A stretch of 62,087 nucleotides of DNA, taken from positions 1 through 62,087 of the forward strand of contig DATDYF010000040.1 of assembly GCA_035289105.1 (NCBI GenBank). Reading direction: 5' to 3'. The stretch's first letter is position 1. Each line of letters starts with the position of its first letter. The notes beneath the pieces are model-generated. The model saw only the letters and a program-made list of their open reading frames with translations. It was not told the DNA's origin and searched no databases. Source of the stretch: Candidatus Nanoarchaeia archaeon (GTDB taxonomy: Archaea > Nanobdellota > Nanobdellia > Woesearchaeales > JACQSR01). The translations under genes were made by a program, and so were the position numbers. Shown here piece by piece: positions 30,532-38,592 of the stretch.

Positions 30532-31074
30532 ATGAAGAAAAAGGGAGACCTGAGCATTTCTGTTAATGCTATTGTGATAATTGTCATTGCTTTGACGTTT
30601 TTATCGCTTGCGTTGGTTTTCATCAGGAACATATTTGAGGGAATTAGCGAAACTACAATTACTGTTCAGGAGCAGATAAAACAGCAGATATTAGACGATT
30701 TGAGGAGAGGCGATAAGAAATTAAGCTTTCCTGCTGATGAAATAACTGTTGCAAAGGGAAGGGAAAGGATATTTGGAATCGGGGTAAAAAATACCTTAGA
30801 TGTCGAAGCAGATTTCTATGTCGAGATTTGGAGCACCGACGGCGAAGTGTTAGTGCCCTCCTCAACTGCCCTACCGGGTTCGGTCGCCTTTTTTTGGGAT
30901 ATTAATCCAGTGCATCTTCAAGTTAATGAGATAGGGGTTATCGGCATTAAGGTGATTGGACCGACTGCGACTAGCGTGTCAGACATATACAAGTTGGTTA
31001 TCTGCCAGGATGCTGTATGTGCAGATAAAAACCAATATTCAGCTAAAAGCTTTTTTGTAAAATCTATTGGCTAA
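30532..31074 (+). CDS. type IV pilin-like protein B (paralog of A)
   Basis: MKKKG|DLSISVNAIVIIVIALTFLSLAL; C-terminus ...SAKSFFVKSIG. Confidence 0.65.
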   Translation: MKKKGDLSISVNAIVIIVIALTFLSLALVFIRNIFEGISETTITVQEQIKQQILDDLRRGDKKLSFPADEITVAKGRERIFGIGVKNTLDVEADFYVEIWSTDGEVLVPSSTALPGSVAFFWDINPVHLQVNEIGVIGIKVIGPTATSVSDIYKLVICQDAVCADKNQYSAKSFFVKSIG

Positions 31075-31084
31075 GGAGGTCAAA

Positions 31085-31306
31085 ATGGCAAAAATCAAAA
31101 AAAGGCTTACGATTTCGGAGGAGTTTGAGATAATGAAGCTTGTGCTGGACAAGTTTTTGTGGCTTGGGTTTATTGTGATGACATTTGGGATGTACACCAT
31201 GTTCACCAAAACCTTTGCTGAAGGGCTGGTCTGGCTCATAGTGGGCGCAGTCATACTGATACTCTTCATGATAATAATCGTAAGGGAATACGAGATAATT
31301 AAGTAA
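31085..31306 (+). CDS. small two-TM membrane protein
   Basis: ATG preceded by AAGGAGGT at 31073-31080; 73 aa. Confidence 0.45.
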   Translation: MAKIKKRLTISEEFEIMKLVLDKFLWLGFIVMTFGMYTMFTKTFAEGLVWLIVGAVILILFMIIIVREYEIIK

Positions 31307-31307
31307 T

Positions 31308-31338
31308 AAAAATGCGAACTTTAAAGATTCGCATTTTT
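31308..31338. terminator. A/T-flanked hairpin (AAAAATGCGAA-9 nt-TTCGCATTTTT)
   Basis: Perfect 11-bp stem ending in a T5 run, 2 nt after the stop of the small membrane gene. Confidence 0.4.
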
Positions 31339-31401
31339 AGTCCTTCAAAAAGCCTTCATCTCCGCACTAAAATGCAGAGCTTCGGCTTATTTGAAGTAAG
31401 G

Positions 31402-31409
31402 TTTAAATA
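31402..31409 (+). promoter_or_regulatory. TATA box (TTTAAATA)
   Basis: AAGG+TTTAAATA about 30 nt upstream of the GTG start at 31436. Confidence 0.45.
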
Positions 31410-31435
31410 CTGGGTTTTTTCTTTATTCAAAAAAG

Positions 31436-32260
31436 GTGTTTAAGATAAAGCTAAGCAGCGTCCTGATTGTAGTCTTGCTCTTTTTTGTAGTTCTGCTTAT
31501 CTCAGGGTGCAGTGAATGCAGCGAGGCAGAGGATTGCCCGCCGGCTGCTACCTGCAAGACAGCCGTATGCGATGACGGCAAATGCGCCACTACGGCTGTG
31601 AAAGACTGCTGCGGCAACGGCATCGAGGACGCCAAAGAGGATGGCAAGACAGGGAATAAATGCACCTGCCCCGAGGATTATGGAGAATGCAAAGGAAAGG
31701 CAAGCATGCTTGTAAGGAACAAAAAGATTGATGCAACTTATCTCGAGCAGGGCTGCGAAGATGATGAGTGTGTTTACAAGATCGATGAGAGCAGGGTCAA
31801 ACGAACGGATTTGGCATTTGAGAGGGAGCTTTCATATTTCACTTTTGATGTCTTGGTAACGTATAACAATCCATTTACAGTGAACAAGGACAAGGTTGAA
31901 GTTAGCCTTAAGCTAAAGGACGAAAAGCCCGACCTTGTTTACCCAATAGAGATTACCGCAATAAGGCTGATTGAAGGGCAGACCTTGTTTGGGGGAAAAG
32001 ACGGCCTGGCTGGAAAGTTTTCGCAGATAGGCGAGGTATTTTCAGTCCAGATACCGATAACTTATGAGAGCGCCCTCATAGAAGAAGAAAGGTCCGCTAC
32101 TCTTAAAGTGGATTATGAGTACAAAAAGAGGATAAGAACAACAAAAAATCCAGATGGAACGTACAACTACATCGAAGAGCTTGTAAGGGATTCCTTTGAG
32201 TCAAAGCTTGGAAAGAAGATATTCTTCCTATTCCCGGGAGCTGTTGAAAATGAACAGTAA
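31436..32260 (+). CDS. Cys-rich secreted lipobox protein
   Basis: Signal peptide ending LLISGC (lipobox). 14 Cys in the next about 60 aa, including DCCGNG. Confidence 0.6.
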   Translation: MFKIKLSSVLIVVLLFFVVLLISGCSECSEAEDCPPAATCKTAVCDDGKCATTAVKDCCGNGIEDAKEDGKTGNKCTCPEDYGECKGKASMLVRNKKIDATYLEQGCEDDECVYKIDESRVKRTDLAFERELSYFTFDVLVTYNNPFTVNKDKVEVSLKLKDEKPDLVYPIEITAIRLIEGQTLFGGKDGLAGKFSQIGEVFSVQIPITYESALIEEERSATLKVDYEYKKRIRTTKNPDGTYNYIEELVRDSFESKLGKKIFFLFPGAVENEQ

Positions 32261-32840
32261 GGGAATTGAGCTGAGTGTTAATTTTCTCATAACACTGATA
32301 CTGTCGCTTGTCCTATTCGGCATGGGAGTAATGCTTGTATACAACATCTTCGCAGGAGCGGAGGACTTGTCCAAGATTACAGAAGACGAATTACACAAAG
32401 AAATTGCTGCCCTTCAATGCAGGACTGATGCAAGGGTCTGCTTTGGGGTTGAAACTTTGGAAATTGAGCGGGGAGATGCAGGATTTTTCATGGTAAGGGT
32501 CATAAACGTGCTTGACCTTCCTGAGCCTGCTAAGTTCAGCATCGAATTGGAACGTGGAAGTTTGATAAGAGGGGAAACCACAGCTGAATTTGGCATGGAG
32601 TGCGATGGCAGCGAGCTTTGCGTAAAATACGAAGAGCAGGAGGAGAGCATCAACAACAATGAAGACTACAGGTTCGGTATAGGGGTTGAGCCAAGCAATG
32701 ATGCGCCTTCAGGGCTGTATTCCCTGAAAGCAAGCGTAAAATGCGATGTTTCAGACATACAAGACGTTCCGGAGGATATCATCAGCTTATGCAGCGAGGG
32801 AAATTACGGCTTTGGAATTCTGTGGGTAAGGGTGCCCTAA
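32250..32840 (+). CDS. type IV pilin-like protein C
   Basis: MNSKG|IELSVNFLITLILSLVLFGMGV class III signal. ATG at 32250 overlaps the previous gene by 11 nt. Confidence 0.6.
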   Translation: MNSKGIELSVNFLITLILSLVLFGMGVMLVYNIFAGAEDLSKITEDELHKEIAALQCRTDARVCFGVETLEIERGDAGFFMVRVINVLDLPEPAKFSIELERGSLIRGETTAEFGMECDGSELCVKYEEQEESINNNEDYRFGIGVEPSNDAPSGLYSLKASVKCDVSDIQDVPEDIISLCSEGNYGFGILWVRVP

Positions 32841-33541
32841 AGCAGTTTTGCAAATGTTCTCGGGTCCAAAGAGGCGGTGCCAACCAATACCCCATCTATG
32901 CTTTTTTCAGAAAGGAATCCCTTTATAGTTGACGGTGAAACAGAGCCTCCGTAAAGAACCTTTATCTCCTTTTTGAACTTTTTCCTGAGCTTTGCCTTAA
33001 TGTAAGAGTGAACCTCTGAAGCCTGCTGCGGAGTTGCGTTGTTTCCTGTGCCAATAGCCCATACGGGCTCATATGCAATGATTAGATTTGAATTTGTGCC
33101 TTTAAGGCACTTGGACAGCTGTGAATTAATTACCTTCAAAGTTTTTCCATTTCTTCTCTCAGACAAGCTTTCCCCAACGCAGACAATCGGTATTAAGCCA
33201 TGGCTCTGGGCAGACTTGACTTTTAGGCTGATCATTTCGTCTGTCTCGCAAAAATATTTTCTTCTTTCTGAATGCCCGAGAATGACATATTTGCATCCAG
33301 CGTCTTTAAGCATTAAAGGCGATATCTCTCCAGTATATGCCCCAAAGTCTTCATGATGCATGTTTTGCGCACCGAGAAGAATTTTTGAACCCTTAACTGC
33401 ATCGGAAACCGCCTTAAGCGAGGTAAATGGAGGGCAGACGACAATTATGCTGGGTGTTTTAATTTTTTTAATTCTCTCAATGAAATCAACAGACTCTTCA
33501 AGAGTCTTGTTCATTTTCCAGTTTGCCACGACTAATTTCAT
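32837..33541 (-). CDS. tpiA: triosephosphate isomerase, bacterial/eukaryotic-type
   Basis: VVANWKMN, ILGHSERR, AYEPVWAIGTG, YGGSV. Confidence 0.9.
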   Translation of the reverse strand: MKLVVANWKMNKTLEESVDFIERIKKIKTPSIIVVCPPFTSLKAVSDAVKGSKILLGAQNMHHEDFGAYTGEISPLMLKDAGCKYVILGHSERRKYFCETDEMISLKVKSAQSHGLIPIVCVGESLSERRNGKTLKVINSQLSKCLKGTNSNLIIAYEPVWAIGTGNNATPQQASEVHSYIKAKLRKKFKKEIKVLYGGSVSPSTIKGFLSEKSIDGVLVGTASLDPRTFAKLL

Positions 33542-34217
33542 TTAATGCTTTCCGCTTCCTAGAATATTTAAAGATTGCTATGCTCAAAAGCAGCAGGATA
33601 ATAGAATATACAAGCACCCTGATTGCCAAGCTTACAGTAAAATCATAGAAGATTCCGTCAGCATAGACTGCTTTCAGGTTGTCAACTGCAGGGTTTAACA
33701 TCCAAAAATCATTTGTGAACAGGATTTCATGAAATGACACAAACATGCTGCTAAAATTAAGCAAAACTGAGGCAAGGAATGCAGCGAGGATTATTATCGT
33801 CAGCAAAGAGCCAATCGAGAACATGGCCACAAGGCTGCGGAGAAGCCTCCAGTCATTGAACTGCAGCGATATAAGCAGAAAAATAAGCAGGATGACTGCA
33901 ATAGTCGCAATTTTCCAAAGCAGCAATGCAGGCTGTATCAGGTTTTTTACATCAACCAAATGAATTTTTTCCTTTTCATTCAGAATGATTGAACTGAACT
34001 CTGCGTCGGTTTTTTCAGAGATTAAGTATTCAATTAAATCCCGGTGAAACTTGTTTACGTCCACAGCCGGGAGGGCAGCATAAACGCCATACTTTTCAAA
34101 CCCTTCATAAAAGAAATCCTCATCGGCAAGAAGGGACTGAAAGCTTGACAAGACTAGGAATAGGGGTATCAGGAGAATAACAGCGGCTACCAAAACAATT
34201 TCAACGAATTTCCTCAT
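33498..34217 (-). CDS. DUF1461/TIGR01906-like integral membrane protein (Lit-like)
   Basis: N-terminal TM helix, extracytoplasmic segment with EKEKIHLVDVKNL, three TM helices, then FHEILFTNDFWMLNPAVDNL...FYDF. The pattern matches my recollection of the DUF1461 family; not verified by HMM. Confidence 0.55.
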   Translation of the reverse strand: MRKFVEIVLVAAVILLIPLFLVLSSFQSLLADEDFFYEGFEKYGVYAALPAVDVNKFHRDLIEYLISEKTDAEFSSIILNEKEKIHLVDVKNLIQPALLLWKIATIAVILLIFLLISLQFNDWRLLRSLVAMFSIGSLLTIIILAAFLASVLLNFSSMFVSFHEILFTNDFWMLNPAVDNLKAVYADGIFYDFTVSLAIRVLVYSIILLLLSIAIFKYSRKRKALNEISRGKLENEQDS

Positions 34218-34248
34218 TAAAGAACGAAAGAAATAGTTTTATTTATAG

Positions 34249-34692
34249 TTATCGCCTAATCAATATGCGCCGCTTTTTTGTCTTCTTGATGATTATCTGC
34301 TCAATGACCTCCTCCACCAAAAGCGCCTCCTTTATCTGGTGAAGGGCATTTTCTATCTCATTTTGAGCTTTTGTTTCCCTGCTCCTGACCGAAGGCAGCG
34401 AAGGCATTTCTGTTGGCGGCGGAATATAAACTTCCAATGGAGGGCCCTGCAATGACTGCCTCAGGGCGTTTAAACCTTCGTCGTAGTCCGCATTAACCCT
34501 GCCATAGCGGATTTCAGCAAGAGACTCATGCTGGGAAAGCGAATAAAACATTGCTGTGTACCTTGGCAAGTCCTCATTCGTGAGAAATCTTAGGGTAGCT
34601 CCATAATCGCCATGGGAATCAACATTGTATGTACTGGTTTTCATCAAGACTTCATGGCCGGAAGAGTAAGGGTTATGGCAGGGGCATGACAT
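34249..34692 (-). CDS. hypothetical protein
   Basis: 147-aa ORF with 1-nt spacing to the upstream ORF; basic C-terminus KKTKKRRILIRR. Confidence 0.4.
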   Translation of the reverse strand: MSCPCHNPYSSGHEVLMKTSTYNVDSHGDYGATLRFLTNEDLPRYTAMFYSLSQHESLAEIRYGRVNADYDEGLNALRQSLQGPPLEVYIPPPTEMPSLPSVRSRETKAQNEIENALHQIKEALLVEEVIEQIIIKKTKKRRILIRR

Positions 34693-34693
34693 C

Positions 34694-35020
34694 TTATTGC
34701 GCCCCCTTTTCGTTGCTGATTGCCTTTTCTATCGCATCCTCTATCGATGCAGGCTTTTCCTTTTTAGGAATATCAAAATGCTCTGCTTGAGTTTCCTTTT
34801 TTTCCTCAGCTTCGTCCTCTTTTTTGGCTTCCTTTTCAATATCTTCCTCAGTGCTTTCCTTTTCTTCCTCTTCCTTTCTTTCGCCTACATTGTAAAGCTC
34901 GGAACTTCCTGAGTGGTATTTCTCAGCCGCATGGTACTCATGCGAAGTTTCATCAGAGTGAAAAGTAGCATGGTAACTTGCAAAAGGATTCTCCCAAGGC
35001 TTGTTTGTTCCGTATGCCAT
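34694..35020 (-). CDS. hypothetical His-rich / E-K-rich acidic protein
   Basis: 108 aa; HATFHSDETSHEYHAAEKYH followed by an E/K low-complexity stretch. Confidence 0.4.
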   Translation of the reverse strand: MAYGTNKPWENPFASYHATFHSDETSHEYHAAEKYHSGSSELYNVGERKEEEEKESTEEDIEKEAKKEDEAEEKKETQAEHFDIPKKEKPASIEDAIEKAISNEKGAQ

Positions 35021-35105
35021 CTTAATGTATAGTGCTCCTGCTTATATAAAGATTAGGTACGGGGATTATAAAAACCTTTCTATTTTATGTCACTATCTAG
35101 TGGTT

Positions 35106-35417
35106 CTATCTCAGCCGGGAAATCATTTGCTGGAGTTTTTCCTCTCCAACATTGCCGACAACCCGCTCCTGTTCTTTGCCTTCCCTGAATGAGATTATGC
35201 AGGGTATTGCCATTATCCCAAACTCGGCTGCCTTTGCCTGGTTTTCATCCACATTCAGCTTGCAAAACTTTACCTGCTTGTTTTTCTGCTCAAGCCTTTC
35301 CAATATTGGGGCTATCTGTTTGCAGGGGCCGCACCAAGGCGCCCAGAAATCCACCACCACCGGAGTTTTAGAATTCAATACCTCTTTTGCGAATAATGCC
35401 GACACAACTTCAATCAT
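35106..35417 (-). CDS. trxA: thioredoxin
   Basis: VVDFWAPWCGPCK active site; 103 aa; 8-nt overlap with the upstream flavoprotein gene. Confidence 0.9.
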   Translation of the reverse strand: MIEVVSALFAKEVLNSKTPVVVDFWAPWCGPCKQIAPILERLEQKNKQVKFCKLNVDENQAKAAEFGIMAIPCIISFREGKEQERVVGNVGEEKLQQMISRLR

Positions 35418-36753
35418 TTTTGAGCTCCACCTCTTTTTTTTGCTCCGAAAGATACCTGTCTATCGAAATTGCAGCCTTCTTCCCCAGGCACATGGATTCC
35501 ACAACAGTCGATGCTCCTGTGACGGCACCCCCGGAAAAGATGCCCTCCGCGCTTGTCATAAGGTTTTCATCAACAAATATGTTTCCGCGAAGATTATGGT
35601 TGATGTTTGCCTGGCTTACGACAATCGGGCTTGCAGTTGTTCCAAGAGAAAGAATTGCCAATTCCGCCTGCTCCATGAATTCTGAATCGGCAATCTCAAC
35701 AGATACACTGTTGCCTAATTCGTCTTCCTCGCTTTTCATCTGGATTACCTCGACGCATTCCATCTTTGATGCGCCCGTGTACCTTTTTGGAAGGGAAAGC
35801 ATCAGGAACTTGACGCCTTCCTCCCTTGCGCGAGAAACATTATCATAACTGGCCTCGAGCTCATTGAATGATTTCTGGAATATTATGGTTGCGCTTGAGC
35901 CCAGGCGAACGGCCATCCTTGCAGCATCGATTGCAGAATCGTTGCCGCCGACCACAACAACCCTTTTTGGGGAGAATAATTCGTTCTTGGAGTCAAACAG
36001 ATGCTGCTCAATAACATTTATCCTGTAGAGAAACTCATTTGCAGTTATGATATTCTGAAGGTGCTCCCCTTCGATGTTCATGTATGTTGGCAAGGTCGAT
36101 CCTGTTGCAATAAATACTGCAGAATATTTCTTTTTTAGCTCCGGCAAAGTTATAAGCCTGCCGATAACTGCATTGTTTATTAGCTTTACTCCAAGGGAGG
36201 CTAGATAGATTAGGTAATCATCAACGAGGCGGTGGGGCAGCCTGAAATTGGGAATGCAGCATCTTAAAATGCCGCCTGCAGAATGAAGCGCCTCGAATAA
36301 GGTGACATCGTAACCCATGACCGCCAAATCCTCAGCGCATGACAATCCTGCAGGGCCAGAGCCAATTACAGCTACTTTCTTGGGCTTTTTTTTGGGATGG
36401 ATTTTTTCCGGCTGGGCGTTTTCATATGCGTACCTTTCAAGCCCTGCAATACCTATGGGCTTCTCAAGCACCTCTGAACATTTGCCCTCGCACATCCTTT
36501 CCCTGGGGCACAACCTTGAGCAGGCGAACGGCAGATTGCTTGATTTATTAATGATTTTTAGGGCCGAGCTTTCATTGCCGCAGGAAATGCAATTAATAAA
36601 ATTGGGTATGTCTATGGAAGCAGGGCAGCCAGCCACACAGCCAGGATTTTGGCATTTCAAGCATCGCGATGCCTCTTTTGCTGCTTCCTCTCTTGAAAGG
36701 GACCTTTCAGCTTCCTCGAAAATCCCCTTCCTTTTAGATTCCAGATTATTCAT
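35410..36753 (-). CDS. GltD/NfnB/SudA-like NAD(P)H-dependent flavoprotein with two Fe-S motifs
   Basis: N-terminal Cys clusters (CLKCQNPGCVAGCP...), VAVIGSGPAGLSCA, VVVVGGNDSAIDAA dinucleotide folds. Confidence 0.85.
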   Translation of the reverse strand: MNNLESKRKGIFEEAERSLSREEAAKEASRCLKCQNPGCVAGCPASIDIPNFINCISCGNESSALKIINKSSNLPFACSRLCPRERMCEGKCSEVLEKPIGIAGLERYAYENAQPEKIHPKKKPKKVAVIGSGPAGLSCAEDLAVMGYDVTLFEALHSAGGILRCCIPNFRLPHRLVDDYLIYLASLGVKLINNAVIGRLITLPELKKKYSAVFIATGSTLPTYMNIEGEHLQNIITANEFLYRINVIEQHLFDSKNELFSPKRVVVVGGNDSAIDAARMAVRLGSSATIIFQKSFNELEASYDNVSRAREEGVKFLMLSLPKRYTGASKMECVEVIQMKSEEDELGNSVSVEIADSEFMEQAELAILSLGTTASPIVVSQANINHNLRGNIFVDENLMTSAEGIFSGGAVTGASTVVESMCLGKKAAISIDRYLSEQKKEVELKND

Positions 36754-37516
36754 AGCCCTTGCCTACCCTCGCCACAAATTCCTCAAAGTCAATTGAATGC
36801 GCATTGAATTCGGGGCCTTCTATTGCTGCAAATTTTATTTTTTCGTCGACCCTTATCCTGCATGTTCCTGAGAGGCCTATTGGGTCAATCATAAGCGGAT
36901 TTACAATCGCCTTTGTCTTTACCCTCTGGCGCGTAAAGTTTGAGACTTCATGCATAAATGCAGGCGACCCTGAAACTATCGCCAACTCGAAAATGTGTTC
37001 ATAGAACAAATTTCTGAGGTGAAATGGAACTGTTCCCTTCTCCCCCCTGCTTCCGTCTTCGGTAAAGACATAGATTTTGTCTGCCAGATCCTTCAACTTG
37101 TCTTCCCAGTAAAGGAATCTCTTGGATTTTTCTCCGATGACTATTGCAATGGGTATCTTATTTTCCTTGTACATCTTTGCAAGATTGTAGATTACCGGAA
37201 TTCCATACGAGTCCGCAATCAGGCATACATTTTCAACCTCCTCAACATTTGCCCTATTGCCTATTGGCCCCACAACATCATTCAAGTGGTCATTTTTTTT
37301 ATAATTCAGCATCATTTTGGATTTTTCCCCCTTAACCACGATGGTGATTGAGTTCCGCTTGACCATGCCGACAGGAACGCATATGCCTTCCGTTCTGGGC
37401 TTAGTGCGTATTATTACAAACTGGCCCGGCCCTATCTTTTTTGCTATTTCAGGCGCCTCCACGTCAATCAAGAACGTATTTTCCGCTATCTTTTGTTTCT
37501 TAAGCACCCTGCTCAT
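36746..37516 (-). CDS. PyrK/NfnA/SudB-like FAD/NAD-binding electron-transfer subunit
   Basis: Ferredoxin-reductase-like fold pattern. C-terminal MIDPIGLSGTCRIRVDEKIKFAAIEGPEF aligns with the 2Fe-2S region but has only one Cys. Confidence 0.8.
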   Translation of the reverse strand: MSRVLKKQKIAENTFLIDVEAPEIAKKIGPGQFVIIRTKPRTEGICVPVGMVKRNSITIVVKGEKSKMMLNYKKNDHLNDVVGPIGNRANVEEVENVCLIADSYGIPVIYNLAKMYKENKIPIAIVIGEKSKRFLYWEDKLKDLADKIYVFTEDGSRGEKGTVPFHLRNLFYEHIFELAIVSGSPAFMHEVSNFTRQRVKTKAIVNPLMIDPIGLSGTCRIRVDEKIKFAAIEGPEFNAHSIDFEEFVARVGKGYE

Positions 37517-38013
37517 TTTTTAATCAGCACCTTGTGCCTAATGGCGTCCAAATCTATAAAATCATCCGCTATTTCCACAAGCTTGTTCGAACTGGATTTT
37601 CCAAATGCAATTACTTCAGCACGGCAGCCCAATGATTTTACATGCTCAAGGAGATCCTTAAAATCCCCGTCGCCCGAAACAAGCACGACAGTGTCAAGCT
37701 TGGCTGCAACGCGCATAATGTCCATTGCTATGCCGACATCCCAGTCGCCTTTCTTTTTTCCTCCAAAAAATATCTGGATATCCTTTGCCCTGACTTCATA
37801 GCCTATTCTTTCAAGCGCCTCAAAGAAGTTTTCCTCATCCTTGACATCAGCCTTTATGACGTATGCAATAGCCCTTACAAGCTGCCGGTCGCGCACTGCT
37901 TCCCGCAAAATGACAGAAAAATTAACTTTTGATTCATAGAGATTTATGGCAGAATAGTAGAGATTTTGGACGTCCACGAACACGCCTACTCGCTGAGTCT
38001 TATGTTTTGGCAC
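37513..38013 (-). CDS. NYN/LabA-like (DUF88) nuclease-fold protein
   Basis: RVGVFVDVQNLYYS and LVSGDGDF motifs. Confidence 0.8.
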   Translation of the reverse strand: MPKHKTQRVGVFVDVQNLYYSAINLYESKVNFSVILREAVRDRQLVRAIAYVIKADVKDEENFFEALERIGYEVRAKDIQIFFGGKKKGDWDVGIAMDIMRVAAKLDTVVLVSGDGDFKDLLEHVKSLGCRAEVIAFGKSSSNKLVEIADDFIDLDAIRHKVLIKK

Positions 38014-38038
38014 CTTTACAACCTCTTTTTGCCTTCAG

Positions 38039-38197
38039 CTACATCTTGGGCATTGATGTCTCGAAACCGCAATCATCGCAAACGATCTTTCCAAGCTTCT
38101 CATTGTAGCGAAGCGAAAGGCCGTTGCATTTGGGACAGCGCTTGGTCAAAGAAACCTTTTCCAGCCTCTTTTCCCAATCTTCCTCATCACCGTCCAT
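38039..38197 (-). CDS. small zinc-ribbon protein (below track cutoff)
   Basis: My translation: MDGDEEDWEKRLEKVSLTKRCPKCNGLSLRYNEKLGKIVCDDCGFETSMPKM*. Fills the gap upstream of the NYN gene. Confidence 0.45.
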   Translation of the reverse strand: MDGDEEDWEKRLEKVSLTKRCPKCNGLSLRYNEKLGKIVCDDCGFETSMPKM

Positions 38198-38281
38198 CTT
38201 TTAATCTGTGAATGAACACGCCTTTTTAATTGTTTCGATTGCGAGAAAAAGATTTTTAATTGCTAAAAGATTATTAAGGTT

Positions 38282-38590
38282 ATGCCCACATTTTATGAAA
38301 AAGTTTGGAAGAAGTGCATGGATATTCCAAAAGGCAAAGTCACTACATACAAAGAATTGGGAAAAGCCCTGAACACGAAGGCTTACCGGGCTATTGGGAC
38401 TGCCTTAAGGAAAAATCCTTGTGCGCCTGCAGTTCCCTGCCACCGCGTAATCAATAGCAATGGAAAGGTTGGAAATTATTCTGGCAAGGGAGGAAGAGAT
38501 GCAAAGATTGAGTTATTGAGAAATGAAGGAATAATAATAAACAATGGCTCTGCAAACTTAAAAGTATTTTTTTACAAGTTTAAGAAATGA
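38282..38590 (+). CDS. ogt: MGMT-family DNA-binding domain protein with active-site Cys
   Basis: VPCHRVI motif; 102 aa; no N-terminal domain. Confidence 0.8.
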   Translation: MPTFYEKVWKKCMDIPKGKVTTYKELGKALNTKAYRAIGTALRKNPCAPAVPCHRVINSNGKVGNYSGKGGRDAKIELLRNEGIIINNGSANLKVFFYKFKK

Positions 38591-38592
38591 GA

